A DNA stretch of 64,000 nt from an uncultured delta proteobacterium. Lineage in GTDB: Bacteria; Desulfobacterota; Zymogenia; Zymogenales; Zymogenaceae. The stretch is from positions 768,001-832,000 of the forward strand of contig CAVTLK010000002.1 of assembly GCA_963735595.1 (NCBI GenBank), in the 5' to 3' direction. Below, piece after piece: positions 31,044-42,206 of this stretch; within the stretch, counting starts at the first letter, position 1; every line of letters starts with the position of its first letter. The notes beneath the pieces were generated by a model. It did not search any database. It saw nothing but the letters and a program-made list of their open reading frames with translations, and was not told the origin of the DNA. Position numbers and translations under genes: made by a program.

Positions 31044-32975
31044 GTGCAAACCATCAGGTTTCTCCCCAACCGGCATGAGATCTCCGTTTCAGGGCAAACG
31101 ACGGTCCTGGAAGCGGCGTTTGGTGCGGGGGTCTTCATTCATGCCCAATGCGGGGGTGCGGGGACCTGCGGCGGATGCGCCGTCAGGGTGTTGGGGCAGG
31201 CGCCGGAGTCGGCCCAATCGCTGGCGGTCCTGGGGCGGCGGCGATACGCGGCGGGCTGGCGCCTGGCCTGCGACACCGAGGTCACCGGAGATATGTCGGT
31301 CGAGGTGCCGAACAGGCACGTCGCCGAATCGGCCCGTCCGCGCGGGGCCGCCCGGCCCGCAGGTGCGCCGGATAATACCGAAGGTCTTACCGATCCACCT
31401 ACCGAGCGGCACCGCGTTACGCTCGTGGCCCCTACCCACGAGGACAACGCCGGCGACCTGACCAGGACCGTCTCCGGGATCAAAAAGGCTGCCGGGGGGC
31501 GGCACGTCGCGGTATCCCTGGAACTGCTCAGGCAAATTCCCGGCCTCGTGCGCGACTATGGCTGGGACGTGGCGGCATATCTGTCGCACCGCGGGCACGA
31601 CATGGAACGGCCGCACCTGGCCGGGATCGGTCGCGGCGGGGCACACGAGCCGATGCTCGCGGTTGCCTGTGACGTTGGTACGACCGGCCTCTGGGCGAGC
31701 CTCCTTGATATCGAGACAGGGCGGGAAATCGGCCGGTCGTCCGTCGTGAATCCCCAAGAAGCCTACGGCGCCGATGTCATTTCCCGGATCGTCTATGCCC
31801 GTACGGAGGAGGGCGGCCGAACACTCCAGCGGATCGTAATCGAATCCCTCGACGGGCTGATCGACGAGCTCGTTGCCGCGGCCGGGGCAGACAGGGCGGC
31901 CGTCGGCCATATCGTTGTGGCAGGCAATACCGTCATGAGCCACCTGCTGCTGGGCCTCCCGACCCGGTACCTCCAGATGGCGCCCTACGTCCCGGCGGCG
32001 GGCGTCTATCCGGACGTGCCGGCGCGCGGCCTGGGGTTTGACCTCCCGCCCGAGGCGCCCCTTTTCGTCTTCCCGTCGGTGGCCAGCTACGTCGGGGGAG
32101 ATATCGTTGCGGGCGTGCTGGCAAGCGGGTTTTTCAGGGAAAAAACGGTGACCCTCTTCATCGACATCGGCACCAACGGCGAGATTGTCCTGGGCAATGA
32201 CCAGTGGATGCTCACCGCGTCGGCCTCGGCCGGCCCGGCCTTCGAGGGGGGAGGCGTACGCTTCGGCATGCGCGCGTCTATCGGGGCCGTCGAGGGATTT
32301 TTCATCGACGACGACTACGAGCCGATGATAACCACCATCGGTAAAAAACCCCCCGTCGGTATCTGCGGCTCCGGGATTATCAATATACTGGCCGGACTCT
32401 TTTGTGCAGGGGTGCTCCTGCCCAACGGGAAGATCAGGGAAGACCTCTCCACGGGCCGGGTGCGGGAGGGCGAAAGCGGGATTGAGTACGTGCTTGTTTG
32501 GGCCAAAGACGCCGGTATTGATGAGGACATCGTCGTTTCCGACGCGGATATCGAAAACGTGATACGGGCGAAGGCCGCGATGTTCGCCGGGTACCGATCG
32601 CTCACGGATGCGGCCGGGATCGGTATGGATGAAATCGGCCGGGTGATCATCTCCGGTGCCTTCGGAAACTTCCTGGATATCGAAAACGGTGTTCGCATCG
32701 GACTGCTGCCCGATATCCCGAGGGACCGTTTTGTCTTCATCGGCAACGGGTCGCTCTCGGGTGCCTGTCTTGCCGCGCTTTCCCGGTCGCGTTTCAGACA
32801 GGGGCTCGAAATAGCGCGAGGCATGACGAACGTGGAGCTCTCGGTCGACCCCGGATATATGGACCGCTACCTGGCCGCCTCATTTCTTCCCCACACGGAC
32901 AACGGCTTATTTCCGACGGTCAAAAAGGTACCGGGCGCGCGTCGGGACGCACGCAGGGAGGGGGCATCGGGATGA
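31044..32975 (+). CDS. acsV: Reductive activator of corrinoid/Fe-S protein (RACo/AcsV; 2Fe-2S plus ASKHA)
   Basis: CGGAGTCGGC...RLAC; DVGTT, YGADVISR, DIGTNGE, AGPAFEG, GICGSG, GAFG. Confidence 0.9.
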   Translation: MQTIRFLPNRHEISVSGQTTVLEAAFGAGVFIHAQCGGAGTCGGCAVRVLGQAPESAQSLAVLGRRRYAAGWRLACDTEVTGDMSVEVPNRHVAESARPRGAARPAGAPDNTEGLTDPPTERHRVTLVAPTHEDNAGDLTRTVSGIKKAAGGRHVAVSLELLRQIPGLVRDYGWDVAAYLSHRGHDMERPHLAGIGRGGAHEPMLAVACDVGTTGLWASLLDIETGREIGRSSVVNPQEAYGADVISRIVYARTEEGGRTLQRIVIESLDGLIDELVAAAGADRAAVGHIVVAGNTVMSHLLLGLPTRYLQMAPYVPAAGVYPDVPARGLGFDLPPEAPLFVFPSVASYVGGDIVAGVLASGFFREKTVTLFIDIGTNGEIVLGNDQWMLTASASAGPAFEGGGVRFGMRASIGAVEGFFIDDDYEPMITTIGKKPPVGICGSGIINILAGLFCAGVLLPNGKIREDLSTGRVREGESGIEYVLVWAKDAGIDEDIVVSDADIENVIRAKAAMFAGYRSLTDAAGIGMDEIGRVIISGAFGNFLDIENGVRIGLLPDIPRDRFVFIGNGSLSGACLAALSRSRFRQGLEIARGMTNVELSVDPGYMDRYLAASFLPHTDNGLFPTVKKVPGARRDARREGASG

Positions 32976-33736
32976 TGAGGATCGCAATAGCAGGAAAAGG
33001 CGGAACCGGCAAGACAACGCTTACCGCGCTCATGGTCGGCGCGCTCAAGGCGAGTGGTATGGTGCCGATTCTGGCCGTGGATGCCGACCCCAACGACAAT
33101 CTGGGGCCCGCAATCGGGATGGCGGTCACGCGGACGCTCGGGGAGATCCGGGAAGATTTCATCGACCGAAGTCCCGATATTCCGCCGGGGATGACCAAGG
33201 GAGCTCTCCTCGAAATGCGGATGCACCAGTCGGTTATCGAGGGCAGCGGCGTTGACCTCCTGGTCATGGGTCGGCCGGAGGGCCCGGGGTGTTATTGCTT
33301 TGTCAATAACCTCCTGAGAAAATCGATAGAGGAGCTCTCGGGCAACTACCGGGTCGTCGTTATCGACAACGAGGCGGGGATGGAGCATCTCTCCCGAAAG
33401 GTCGTGGGGGGGATTGACCGGCTCTTCCTTGTCAGCGACCATACCGTAAAGGGGGTCAGGACGGCGATCCGCCTCAGGGCGCTGGCCGACGACATAGGCG
33501 TGGCAGTCAAAAAGGCGCATCTCGTGATCAACCGGGTGGGGCCGGATGGATTATCCAATGCCGTGAGGGAAGAGGCCGAAAGAAGCGGGCTTGGGCCGTC
33601 GACGATACTTCCCGAGGACGAGGACATCGCGCGGGCGTGCCGGGACGATATCCCCCTGGTCGGCCTGCTGGAGACGCCGTACGGGCGGGCGGTAGGCCAT
33701 CTCATTAATCAGGCAATACGAGAGGAGACGACATGA
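32972..33736 (+). CDS. cooC: CooC/AcsF nickel-insertion ATPase
   Basis: GKGGTGKT, DADPN, GPGCYC, DNEAGMEHLSR. Confidence 0.92.
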   Translation: MMRIAIAGKGGTGKTTLTALMVGALKASGMVPILAVDADPNDNLGPAIGMAVTRTLGEIREDFIDRSPDIPPGMTKGALLEMRMHQSVIEGSGVDLLVMGRPEGPGCYCFVNNLLRKSIEELSGNYRVVVIDNEAGMEHLSRKVVGGIDRLFLVSDHTVKGVRTAIRLRALADDIGVAVKKAHLVINRVGPDGLSNAVREEAERSGLGPSTILPEDEDIARACRDDIPLVGLLETPYGRAVGHLINQAIREETT

Positions 33737-33936
33737 GCGCCGAGAACAATAAGACCCGGGCGGAGGCACCCGGCGTCCTCGGGCCGACCTACGAGGCGGG
33801 CAAGCCCGACGCACCCGACGACTGGAGGAAGAAGCTCCGCAGCCGGGAAGAGATGCTGGGTTACCTGAAGACCGCCTGCCGCTACTGGTATTCGGACGAC
33901 TGGTACGGGAGCGAACGGCGAAAGACCAAGGCGTGA
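33733..33936 (+). CDS. 67-aa hypothetical protein in the acs cluster
   Basis: ATGA overlap with the cooC stop and GAGGAG RBS; WRKKLRSREEMLGYLKT...RYWYSDDWYGSERRK. Confidence 0.7.
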   Translation: MSAENNKTRAEAPGVLGPTYEAGKPDAPDDWRKKLRSREEMLGYLKTACRYWYSDDWYGSERRKTKA

Positions 33937-34102
33937 AGCCACCCCGGATGTGCGTTCATTGGCCGGGTGACATTCGGGGAATCGTGACGTCAATTTTCCG
34001 GGCAGCGGGCTTAATCGGTAATCCCAAAATAACCCTTTTTTTTCCCGCGCCGATCGTTTACAATGAGGCGTTTTTTTCGTCAACACCTGTCAGGAAATCC
34101 CC

Positions 34103-35050
34103 ATGGCACAGCTCGAAGCAAAGATAGTCTACTCCGGGGCCGTGACCCCGGTAACCCTCGGGGCGGCGGGCCGCACCGTGACGGTCGGGGGGGAGACCTC
34201 CTATCCCTTTCACCTGTTCGAGGGGGCGATGCCCAACCGTCCGAGGATCGCCCTCGAAGTGGTCGACACGGGCCCCGGTCAGGAATCGGCGGCGCTCGAT
34301 TCCGTCTTCGGAGAGGCGACCGGCGACCCCGCCGCCTGGGCGAAAAAGGCGGTCTCGGACTATAAGCCGGACCTCATTTGCCTGACGCTCGTCGGAACCG
34401 ACCCCAACGGGAGAAACGATCCCCCCGAGAAGGCGGTCCAGACCGTGCAGGCGGTCCAATCGGCCATCGACGTGCCGCTGGTGGTCTGGGGGTCGGGAAA
34501 CGAGACAAAAGATGCCGCCGTCCTCAAGGCGGTGGCAGAGGCGTGCCAGGCAACGCCGCTTGCCCTCGGGCCGGTGGCGGAGGGGAACTACAAGCAGATC
34601 GGGGCCTCGGCGCTGGCCTACGGGCATGTGGTGATTGCGTCAACCCCCATCGACATCAACCTGGCAAAGCAGCTCAACATCCTCCTGGAAAACCTCGGCA
34701 TCCCCGCCGACCGCATCCTCATCGATCCCACGGTGGGGGGGTTGGGGTACGGCTTCGAGTATACCTATTCGGTCATGGAGCGAATCAGGATAGCAGCGCT
34801 GACGGCCGGGGACGAAAAGCTCAGGTCGCCGCTGTTTTGCCATGTCGCCGGGGAGGTGTGGAAGACCAAGGAGGCGCGTCTTACCAAAGAAGAGGCCCCG
34901 CTGCTGGGCGATCCCGCGGTGCGGGGGGTATTACTCGAGGCAATGACTGCCCAGGGGATGCTGCTTGCCGGGGCCGACGTCCTGGTGGTACGCCATCCCG
35001 AGACGGCCCGCCTCATGAACTGGTTTATGGACGAGATGGCCAAATCATGA
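34103..35050 (+). CDS. acsD: Corrinoid Fe-S protein small subunit
   Basis: GGETSYPFHLFEG, PIDINLAKQLN, GLGYGFEYTYSVMERIR, AGADVLVVRHP. Confidence 0.95.
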   Translation: MAQLEAKIVYSGAVTPVTLGAAGRTVTVGGETSYPFHLFEGAMPNRPRIALEVVDTGPGQESAALDSVFGEATGDPAAWAKKAVSDYKPDLICLTLVGTDPNGRNDPPEKAVQTVQAVQSAIDVPLVVWGSGNETKDAAVLKAVAEACQATPLALGPVAEGNYKQIGASALAYGHVVIASTPIDINLAKQLNILLENLGIPADRILIDPTVGGLGYGFEYTYSVMERIRIAALTAGDEKLRSPLFCHVAGEVWKTKEARLTKEEAPLLGDPAVRGVLLEAMTAQGMLLAGADVLVVRHPETARLMNWFMDEMAKS

Positions 35051-35604
35051 GCCCGACGCTATCGATAGACATCGATCGCTGCGTGGCCTGCGGGCGGTGT
35101 GAGATCGCCTGCGTGGTGGAGCACTCGCCTTCGCGGGACCTGTTGACCGCGGTCGGGCGGCCGGACGCGCCACCGCCACGGGTTACGCTGACCCAACAGG
35201 AGGGGATGCCGATCATTCTGGTCTGCGTCCACTGCGACGATCCGGCGTGCGCCGCTGTATGCCCGGCGGGTGCGATCACAAAGAAGCCGTCGGGCGAGGT
35301 GGTGCTCGTCGAGGAAATCTGCGTGGGGTGCGGCGCCTGCGCGGTCGCCTGTCACCTGGGGGTGCCCGCCGCCCGGGCCGACGGCAGCACGTATGTGACG
35401 TGCGATCTCTGCCCGTCCCGGAGAGACGAGGGGAGGCCGACGGCATGCGCCGAGGCATGCCCGACGGGGGCGATAGCCTTCGACGAGGGCAAAACGGAGA
35501 AAGGTCTCGTCTACTATACGAAACCGGGCGAAGGCCGCATAGTGTATATGGAACTTGTGGGGGAACTCGCGGGGGAACTCGTGGGCGGCAAAACCGCAAG
35601 GTAG
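35047..35604 (+). CDS. CooF/DmsB-like 4Fe-4S protein
   Basis: CVACGRCEIAC, CVHCDDPACAAVCP, CVGCGACAVAC, CDLC...CAEACPTGA; ATGA overlap with acsD. Confidence 0.88.
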   Translation: MSPTLSIDIDRCVACGRCEIACVVEHSPSRDLLTAVGRPDAPPPRVTLTQQEGMPIILVCVHCDDPACAAVCPAGAITKKPSGEVVLVEEICVGCGACAVACHLGVPAARADGSTYVTCDLCPSRRDEGRPTACAEACPTGAIAFDEGKTEKGLVYYTKPGEGRIVYMELVGELAGELVGGKTAR

Positions 35605-35632
35605 CCAACCCGAATGTCGCGAGGGGTACGTG

Positions 35633-36388
35633 ATGCTCGATATCACGATTGATGGGATACAGGCGTCGGTCAACGAGGGCCAGACAATACTGGACGCCGC
35701 GCGTAAACTCGGGATCGAGATCCCGACGCTCTGCTTTGCCCGGTCGCTCCGCCCTCACCGGGCCTGCCGTATATGCACCGTCGAGGTTACCAGGGGGGAC
35801 AAGGTCAGCTACCTGACGGCCTGCTCGTACAAGATCACGGAGCCGTTGACCGTCAACACCCGTTCCGAGGGGGCGCTGGCGCGGCGGCGCGAGATCGCCG
35901 TGGCGCTGCTCGGTTCGTCGGCCGGCGCGCCGGCCGTACGACGGATCGCGCGGGAGGCGGGGATCGGTGACCTCCGGGATGGCCCGGAGAACCGCTGCAT
36001 CCGGTGCGGCCTCTGCGTCCGGGTCTGCGACCAGGTCATCGGGCGAAAGGCCCTCACCTACGAGAAAGGGGCCGCCGATACGCCCTATACAACCGTGACG
36101 GACGGGTGCATCGGCTGCGGTACCTGCGCGGCGATATGCCCCACCGGGGCCATCACCGTCACGGACAAGAACGGCATCCGGCGCTTTGAGCAGGGGAAGA
36201 AAGAGTTTAGACTGGCGTCCTGCGATACATGCGGCCGTCCCATTACGACCGAGGAGCACCTTTCCGTCATCCGGGAGAAACGCTGTCTCCCGGACGAGGT
36301 GGCCCGCATGTGCCCCTCGTGCAAACGCGCCCGGTTTGGCGATCGCGTCCTCACGGGGGCGTCGGTGGCGCCGCAGAACGTGTCATAG
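35633..36388 (+). CDS. 2Fe-2S/4Fe-4S protein resembling the NuoG/HydA/FdhA N-terminal module
   Basis: GQTILDAARKLGIEIPTLC...ACRICTVE...TAC; CIRCGLCVRVC; CIGCGTCAAICPTGA; C-terminal CDTC...CPSC. Confidence 0.85.
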   Translation: MLDITIDGIQASVNEGQTILDAARKLGIEIPTLCFARSLRPHRACRICTVEVTRGDKVSYLTACSYKITEPLTVNTRSEGALARRREIAVALLGSSAGAPAVRRIAREAGIGDLRDGPENRCIRCGLCVRVCDQVIGRKALTYEKGAADTPYTTVTDGCIGCGTCAAICPTGAITVTDKNGIRRFEQGKKEFRLASCDTCGRPITTEEHLSVIREKRCLPDEVARMCPSCKRARFGDRVLTGASVAPQNVS

Positions 36389-36403
36389 CAATCGGAGACA
36401 TCG

Positions 36404-38348
36404 ATGGGTATCGATAGAAAGAAGAGCATAGACCCGGCGGTTATAGAGCTCGCCGAGAAAGCCGCAGCGGATAACGTCACGCTGTGCTGGGACAGGCTCG
36501 ACGAGCAGTCGCCCCAGTGCGGCTACGGGATCGCGGGCGTCTGCTGCCGCAACTGCGCGATGGGGCCGTGCCAGGTCAGCCTCTTCGGCGATCCGCCCCA
36601 GAAGGGCGTCTGCGGGGTTGACGGCGAAACGATCGCCGCCCGAAATTTCCTCAGGGCCGTGGCGGCCGGGGCCGCCGCGCACTCGGACCATGCCCGGGCG
36701 GTGGTAGAGGCCTTCATCAGGACGGCCGACGGTGAGCTTCCCGGCTTTGCGATCAAGGACGAGCAAAAGCTCCTGTCTCTGGCGCTGGACCTGGGAGTGA
36801 CGGTCGACGGTAAGGATACCGCCGCCGTCGCCAAAGAGGTGGGCGCGATCCTCCGGGATCAGTTCGGCCGCCAGGACGGGGAGCTGTGCTTCGTTTCCAA
36901 GGCGCCGGTAAAGAGGCAGGCACTCTGGAGGGAGCAGGGAATCGTCCCCCGGGGGATCGACCGGGAGATCGTGGAGTGCATGCACCGGACCCATATCGGG
37001 GTCGATCAGGACTACAAGAACCTGATGAAGCAGGCGTCTCGCACGGCCCTGGCCGACGGGTGGGGCGGATCGATGATCGCCACGGAGCTTCAGGACGTGC
37101 TGTTCGGCAATCCCGTTCCGATCGTCGGTTCCGTGAACCTGGGGATACTGGCGCCGGATAAAGTGAACATCATTGTCCACGGCCACGAACCGCTCCTCTC
37201 GGAGATGGTCGTGGCGGCCTCCCGCGACAAAGACCTCCTGGCGCTGGCAAAAGAGAAGGGGGCCGACGGCATTAATATCGGCGGCATCTGCTGTACGGCC
37301 AACGAAATCCTGATGCGCCACGGGATACCGGTAGCGGGCAATTTTTTACAGCAGGAGGTGGCAATCGTCTCCGGGGCGGTGGACGCGATGATCGTGGACG
37401 TCCAGTGCACCTGGCAGTCTCTGGTAGACGTGGCCGGCTGTTACCACACGGCGCTTATTACCACTAACCCCAAGGCCCGCTTCTTCGGGGCGCGCCACCT
37501 CGAATTCGACGAGAAAAACCCGCTCGCGGCCGCCCGAGAGATTGTAACAATCGCCGTGGAAAACTTCCCCAACCGGAAGAGTGAGGTCGCCATTCCGAAA
37601 GACAGCACCATGGACATGGTGGTCGGGTTCTCCCACGAGACGATCAACTATATGCTCGGCGGCGTCTTCCGGGGGTCATACAAACCTCTCAACGATAACA
37701 TCATCAACGGGAGGATCCGCGGGGTCGCGGGGGTCGTCGGGTGCAACAACGCCAAGGTGACCCACGACCAGAGCCACGTGGCGCTCGTCAGGGAGCTCAT
37801 CAAGCACGACGTGCTGGTGCTCCAGACCGGGATGCTCGGCGGTGGCCTGCGCCAAGGAGGGGCTCCTGGTGCCCGAGGCGGCGCGGTTTGCCGGGCCGGG
37901 GCTTGCCGAGGTCTGCGAGGCGGTGGGTATGCCGCCGGTGCTGCACATGGGCTCCTGCGTGGACAACTCACGCATCCTGATAGCGGCCACGGCCATGGTC
38001 AAGGAGGGGGGGCTGGGCGACGACCTGTCGGACCTGCCCTGCGCGGGGGCGGCGCCCGAGTGGATGAGCGAAAAGGCGCTCTCTATCGGCCACTATTTTG
38101 TCGCCTCCGGGATCTTCACGGTCTTCGGGGTGACCTGGCCGACACTGGGGGCCAAGAGCCTCACCGAGTACCTCTTTTCCGGCATCGAGCAGGAGCTCGG
38201 CGGAAAATGGGCATTTGAGCGCGACCCCATCAAGACCGCGCGGCTCATGATCGACCACATCGATCAAAAACGGCACAAGCTCGGCATCGACAAGGCCCGG
38301 GAGCGGGTCCTCTATGACATGGAGAAGCGCCGGGAGCTGGAGACGTAG
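36404..38348 (+). CDS. cooS: Anaerobic Ni-CO dehydrogenase catalytic subunit (frameshift ~37830)
   Basis: CCRNCAMGPC, AAHSDH, HGHEP, CCTANE, DVQC, VVGCNN, MGSCVDNSR, PEWMSEKA. Confidence 0.96.
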
Positions 38349-38363
38349 AATCAGGAGTAACCG

Positions 38364-40606
38364 ATGTCAAAGATCATTGCCTCTGCCGGCATAAACGGGG
38401 CGTATACGATAGTCGGCCGGGCGCGAAAGAAGTACGAGGAGGCGCTCGGAAAAGTACGGACCGGACCGGGAGGTCGGGTTTCCCAACACGGGGTATTTCC
38501 TGCCGATCATCTACGGAATCCTCGGGGTCGCCGTAAAGAAGCTCTCCGACATGGGCCCGGTGCTGGACCGGGCGGCCTCGCTCCTGCCGCCCCGCGTGAA
38601 AGCAGACCCACAACCTGCCTTACCTCGGCCCGGCGCTGGACGCCGGGATGGCGACCTTCTTTGCCGAGGAGTGCGAGGAGGCCGTCCGCTACCTCGATAA
38701 CCCGAATTTCTATCTCGCCGGGAGGGAGGAGGTTACCGACGACGCCATCTGGCTGGGGGCCGCAGACGACGTGATCGTGCGAAAGCGCGGCGTTGAGTTC
38801 GTGGACGGCACGGCGCCCGGTTTTGCGGCGGTACTTGGCCGTGCCCCGGACGCCGGAATCGCCGCGAAAATCGCCCAGGAACTGCAGGAAAAAAACCTCT
38901 ACGTCTTCATGTCCTCGGGGATCGGCGGCAAACCGGGATTTGCCGAACAGCTGGTCGAGGCCGGCGTACAGATCGGCTGGAACACACGGCTTGTCCCCTT
39001 TGGGCCGGATACGTCGTCGGTCGTCTTTTCCATCGGCTTTGCGACCCGCGCGGCGATGTCGTTCGGGAACATCAAACCCGGCGATTTCAGGAAGATCCTG
39101 ATCTATAACAAGGACCGGATCTTCGCCTTCGTGCTCCCCTTCGGGTACGTGGACGAGGAGTGGTACGCCAACGCCCTGGGCGCCGTCAACTTCGGGTTCC
39201 CCGTCATCGCCGATACCGCCATTCCCCAGATCCTCCCCACGGGCGTCTGCACCTATGAGCACGTGGTCTCCGGCGTCCCGTACGACCAGCTGGTGCCCAA
39301 GGCCGTCGAGGTGCGCGGCCTCAAGGTCAAGGTCGCCAACGTCCCCATCCCCGTCGCCTACAGCCCCGCCTACGAGGGGGAGCGGGTGAGGAAAGACGAC
39401 CTGGTGGCCGAATGCGGCGGCGGCAGGACTTTAGCCGTGGAGCTGACGACGACCCGCGAGATGGACGATGTCACCGACGGGGCTATCGAGGTGATCGGCC
39501 CCGACCTGGACAGCGTCACGAACCGGCCCGCCGGGACGGACGCCTCAGCCGAGAGCCCGGCGCTGCCGCTGGCCATCGTCGTGGAGGTGGCGGGACGGCA
39601 GATGCAGAAGGACTTCGAGCCGATCCTCGAGCGCCAGCTCCACCACCTCATCAACTACGCCCAGGGCGTTATGCACATCGGGCAGCGCAACATCGTCTGG
39701 CTCAGGTTCTCGCGACAGGCCGTTGAGAAAGGCTTCCGGCTCGGGCACCTGGGCTCGATCATCCACGCCAAGTACCACGAGGATTTCGGCAATATCTTCG
39801 ATAAGGTCCAGGTCAAGATCTACACCGAAGGCGCCAGGGTCAAAGAGATATACGACCGGGCGCTGGCAATTTTCCGCGAGCGCGACGAGCGGATCGAGGG
39901 CATGACCGACGAAAGCACCGATCCGTTTTACTCCTGCACGCTCTGCCAGTCGTTTGCCCCCAACCACGTCTGCATCGTGACCCCGGAACGGCCGGGGCTG
40001 TGCGGGGCCTATTCGTGGCTCGACTGCCGCGCCTCTTTCGAGATCAACCCCACCGGGCCAAACCAGCCGGTTATCAAGGGAAAGACCATCGACGAGCAGT
40101 ACGGGCAGTGGGAGGGGGTCAACGAGTTCGTCGCCAAGGCCTCCCGCGGCAACGTCACCGAATATGACGCGTACAGCCTCATGCGCACCCCGATGACCTC
40201 CTGCGGCTGCTTCGAGTGTATCGCCTGCATCATGCCGCTCACCAACGGGGTGATGACGGTGGACCGGGACTTCCCTGACATGACGCCGGCCGGCATGAAG
40301 TTCACGACGATGGCCGGGATGGTCGGGGGAGGAAACGTCACGCCGGGGTTCGTGGGGCACAGCAAGTACTACGTCACGAGCCGGAAGTTTTTGAGGGCCG
40401 ACGGCGGCATAAAGCGGCTGGTCTGGATGCCGTCCCGGCTCAAGGAAGAGATCATGGATCGGCTCATCGTCCGCGCCAGGGAAGAGGGGGTGCCGAACCT
40501 GCCGGATATGATCGCCGATGAGCGGATCGGAACGACGGAGGAGGAGATCCTCCCCTTCCTCGAAGAGGTCAAACACCCGGCGCTGAGCCTGCCGCCGTTG
40601 TTTTAG
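38364..40606 (+). CDS. acsB: Acetyl-CoA synthase, bacterial type with N-terminal domain (frameshifts ~38450, ~38600)
   Basis: GFPNTGYFLP, CTLCQSFAPNHVC, LCGAYSWLD, PMTSCGCFEC, TPGFVGHSK. Confidence 0.96.
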
Positions 40607-40722
40607 AGAGAACGATCGACAGGGGGATACGTACCGCTTCGCGATAGCGGTGAATCCGTAACGGTACGGCAAATAAGCACGTGTCGCCCTCATACCGACG
40701 AACGCACCAGAAAGGAGCCGCC

Positions 40723-42069
40723 ATGCCTTCAGGAATTGAAATCCTAAAACTCCTTCCCAAGACCAACTGCGGCGAATGCGGCCAGCCCACGTGCCTGGCG
40801 TTTGCCATGAACATCGCCGCGGGAAAGATGGAGCTTTCGGCCTGCCCTTATGTCTCGGAGGAGGCCAGGGCGGCGTTGGCCGAATCGGCGGCCCCGCCCA
40901 TCCGGGAAATCACGATCGGGACCGGGCCCGACAAGGTAACCGTCGGCGGCGAGACGGTCCTCTTCCGCCACGAGAAGACCTTTTTTCACAGGCCGGGGCT
41001 GGCCCTCCTTGTCACCGACGCCATGGCCGATGCCGAGGCGGACGGGCGGATCGCCGCCTTTGCCGCCCACCGGTACGACCGGGTCGGAACGGTGCTTTCG
41101 GCGGAGCTCATCGCGGTCCAATCAACGACAGGGCAGAAGGAGAGGTTCGTCCAGCTTGTTAAAAAGTCCGCCGAGAAGGCGGCCGGCGTCATCCTCATGA
41201 CCGATGACCCCGGAGTCATGGAAGCGGGGCTTGGGGCCGCGGCCGAAAAGAGGCCGCTCATCTACGCGGCGGGCCAGGCGAACGCCGACGCGATGGCGGA
41301 CCTCGCGCTTAAATATAAATGCCCGCTGGCGGTTGCGGCGCCCGACGTATCGGCCCTGTCGGAGCTGGTCGAGCGGATTACGGCCAGGGGCGTAACGGAT
41401 ATCGTGCTCGACAGCGGCTCGCAGTCGGCCGGCCGCGTCCTTTTCGACCAGACCTCTATACGGCGTCTGGCCCTGAAGCGCCAGAAGTCCCTCGGGTTTC
41501 CGACGATTGCGTTTCCGGGCAGGGCGGCCGGGGGATTCGAAGAGGAGATGCTTACCGCAAACCTCGCCGTCGCCAAGTACGCCGGCATCGTGGTCGTCTC
41601 GGACATCAGGGGGGAGGGGATATTCCCGCTGTTGGTCTCCCGCCTGAACATCTATACCGACCCGCAGCGGCCGATGATGACGGCCCAGGGGGTTTACCCC
41701 ATCAACAACCCGAACGAGGGTTCGCCGCTCCTGGTGACCTCAAACTTTTCGCTGACCTACTTTATCGTCTCCGGAGAGATGGAGTCAAGCCGGGTTCCCT
41801 CGTGGCTCCTGGTGCTGGATACTGAGGGGCTCTCGGTGCTGACGGCCTGGGCCGCCGGCAAATTCGCGGGGGACCTGGTGGCGGGCCTCATGAAGAAGAC
41901 CGGGATCGCCGAAAAGGTCAGCCACAAGAAGGTCGTCATCCCGGGCTACGTGGCTGTCATCAGCGGTGAGCTGGAGGAAGAGCTGGGCGGCGGCTGGGAG
42001 GTGATCGTCGGCCCCCGGGAGGCCGCCCACATCCCGCGCTTCCTCAGGGATGTGTCGGGTGCGGTATAG
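40723..42069 (+). CDS. acsC: Corrinoid Fe-S protein large subunit
   Basis: LPKTNCGECGQPTCLAFA, GGETVLFRHEK, NIYTDPQRP, NFSLTYF, SVLTAWAAGKF. Confidence 0.96.
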   Translation: MPSGIEILKLLPKTNCGECGQPTCLAFAMNIAAGKMELSACPYVSEEARAALAESAAPPIREITIGTGPDKVTVGGETVLFRHEKTFFHRPGLALLVTDAMADAEADGRIAAFAAHRYDRVGTVLSAELIAVQSTTGQKERFVQLVKKSAEKAAGVILMTDDPGVMEAGLGAAAEKRPLIYAAGQANADAMADLALKYKCPLAVAAPDVSALSELVERITARGVTDIVLDSGSQSAGRVLFDQTSIRRLALKRQKSLGFPTIAFPGRAAGGFEEEMLTANLAVAKYAGIVVVSDIRGEGIFPLLVSRLNIYTDPQRPMMTAQGVYPINNPNEGSPLLVTSNFSLTYFIVSGEMESSRVPSWLLVLDTEGLSVLTAWAAGKFAGDLVAGLMKKTGIAEKVSHKKVVIPGYVAVISGELEEELGGGWEVIVGPREAAHIPRFLRDVSGAV

Positions 42070-42206
42070 TACAGCAGGGCAATGGTGCAACAGGGCAACG
42101 GTGCAACGGGGCGGCAGTCCCGAATGAGACCGATGAAAAGGACAAAGGGACGCGGAACGGGTCCCGGAGGCCGATAGGTACGCTGTCAATTCACGGAGGC
42201 CTTTTC

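Noticed and set aside
35551..35586. Three 12-bp near-repeats at the end of the CooF-like gene (ELVG/ELAG/ELVG)
   Set aside because: Short in-frame low-complexity tail with no evidence of function.
36404..40606. cooS/acsB as pseudogenes or programmed frameshift sites
   Set aside because: The same indel pattern affects purA and glmS, and the metal-ligand motifs are intact; sequencing error is more parsimonious.
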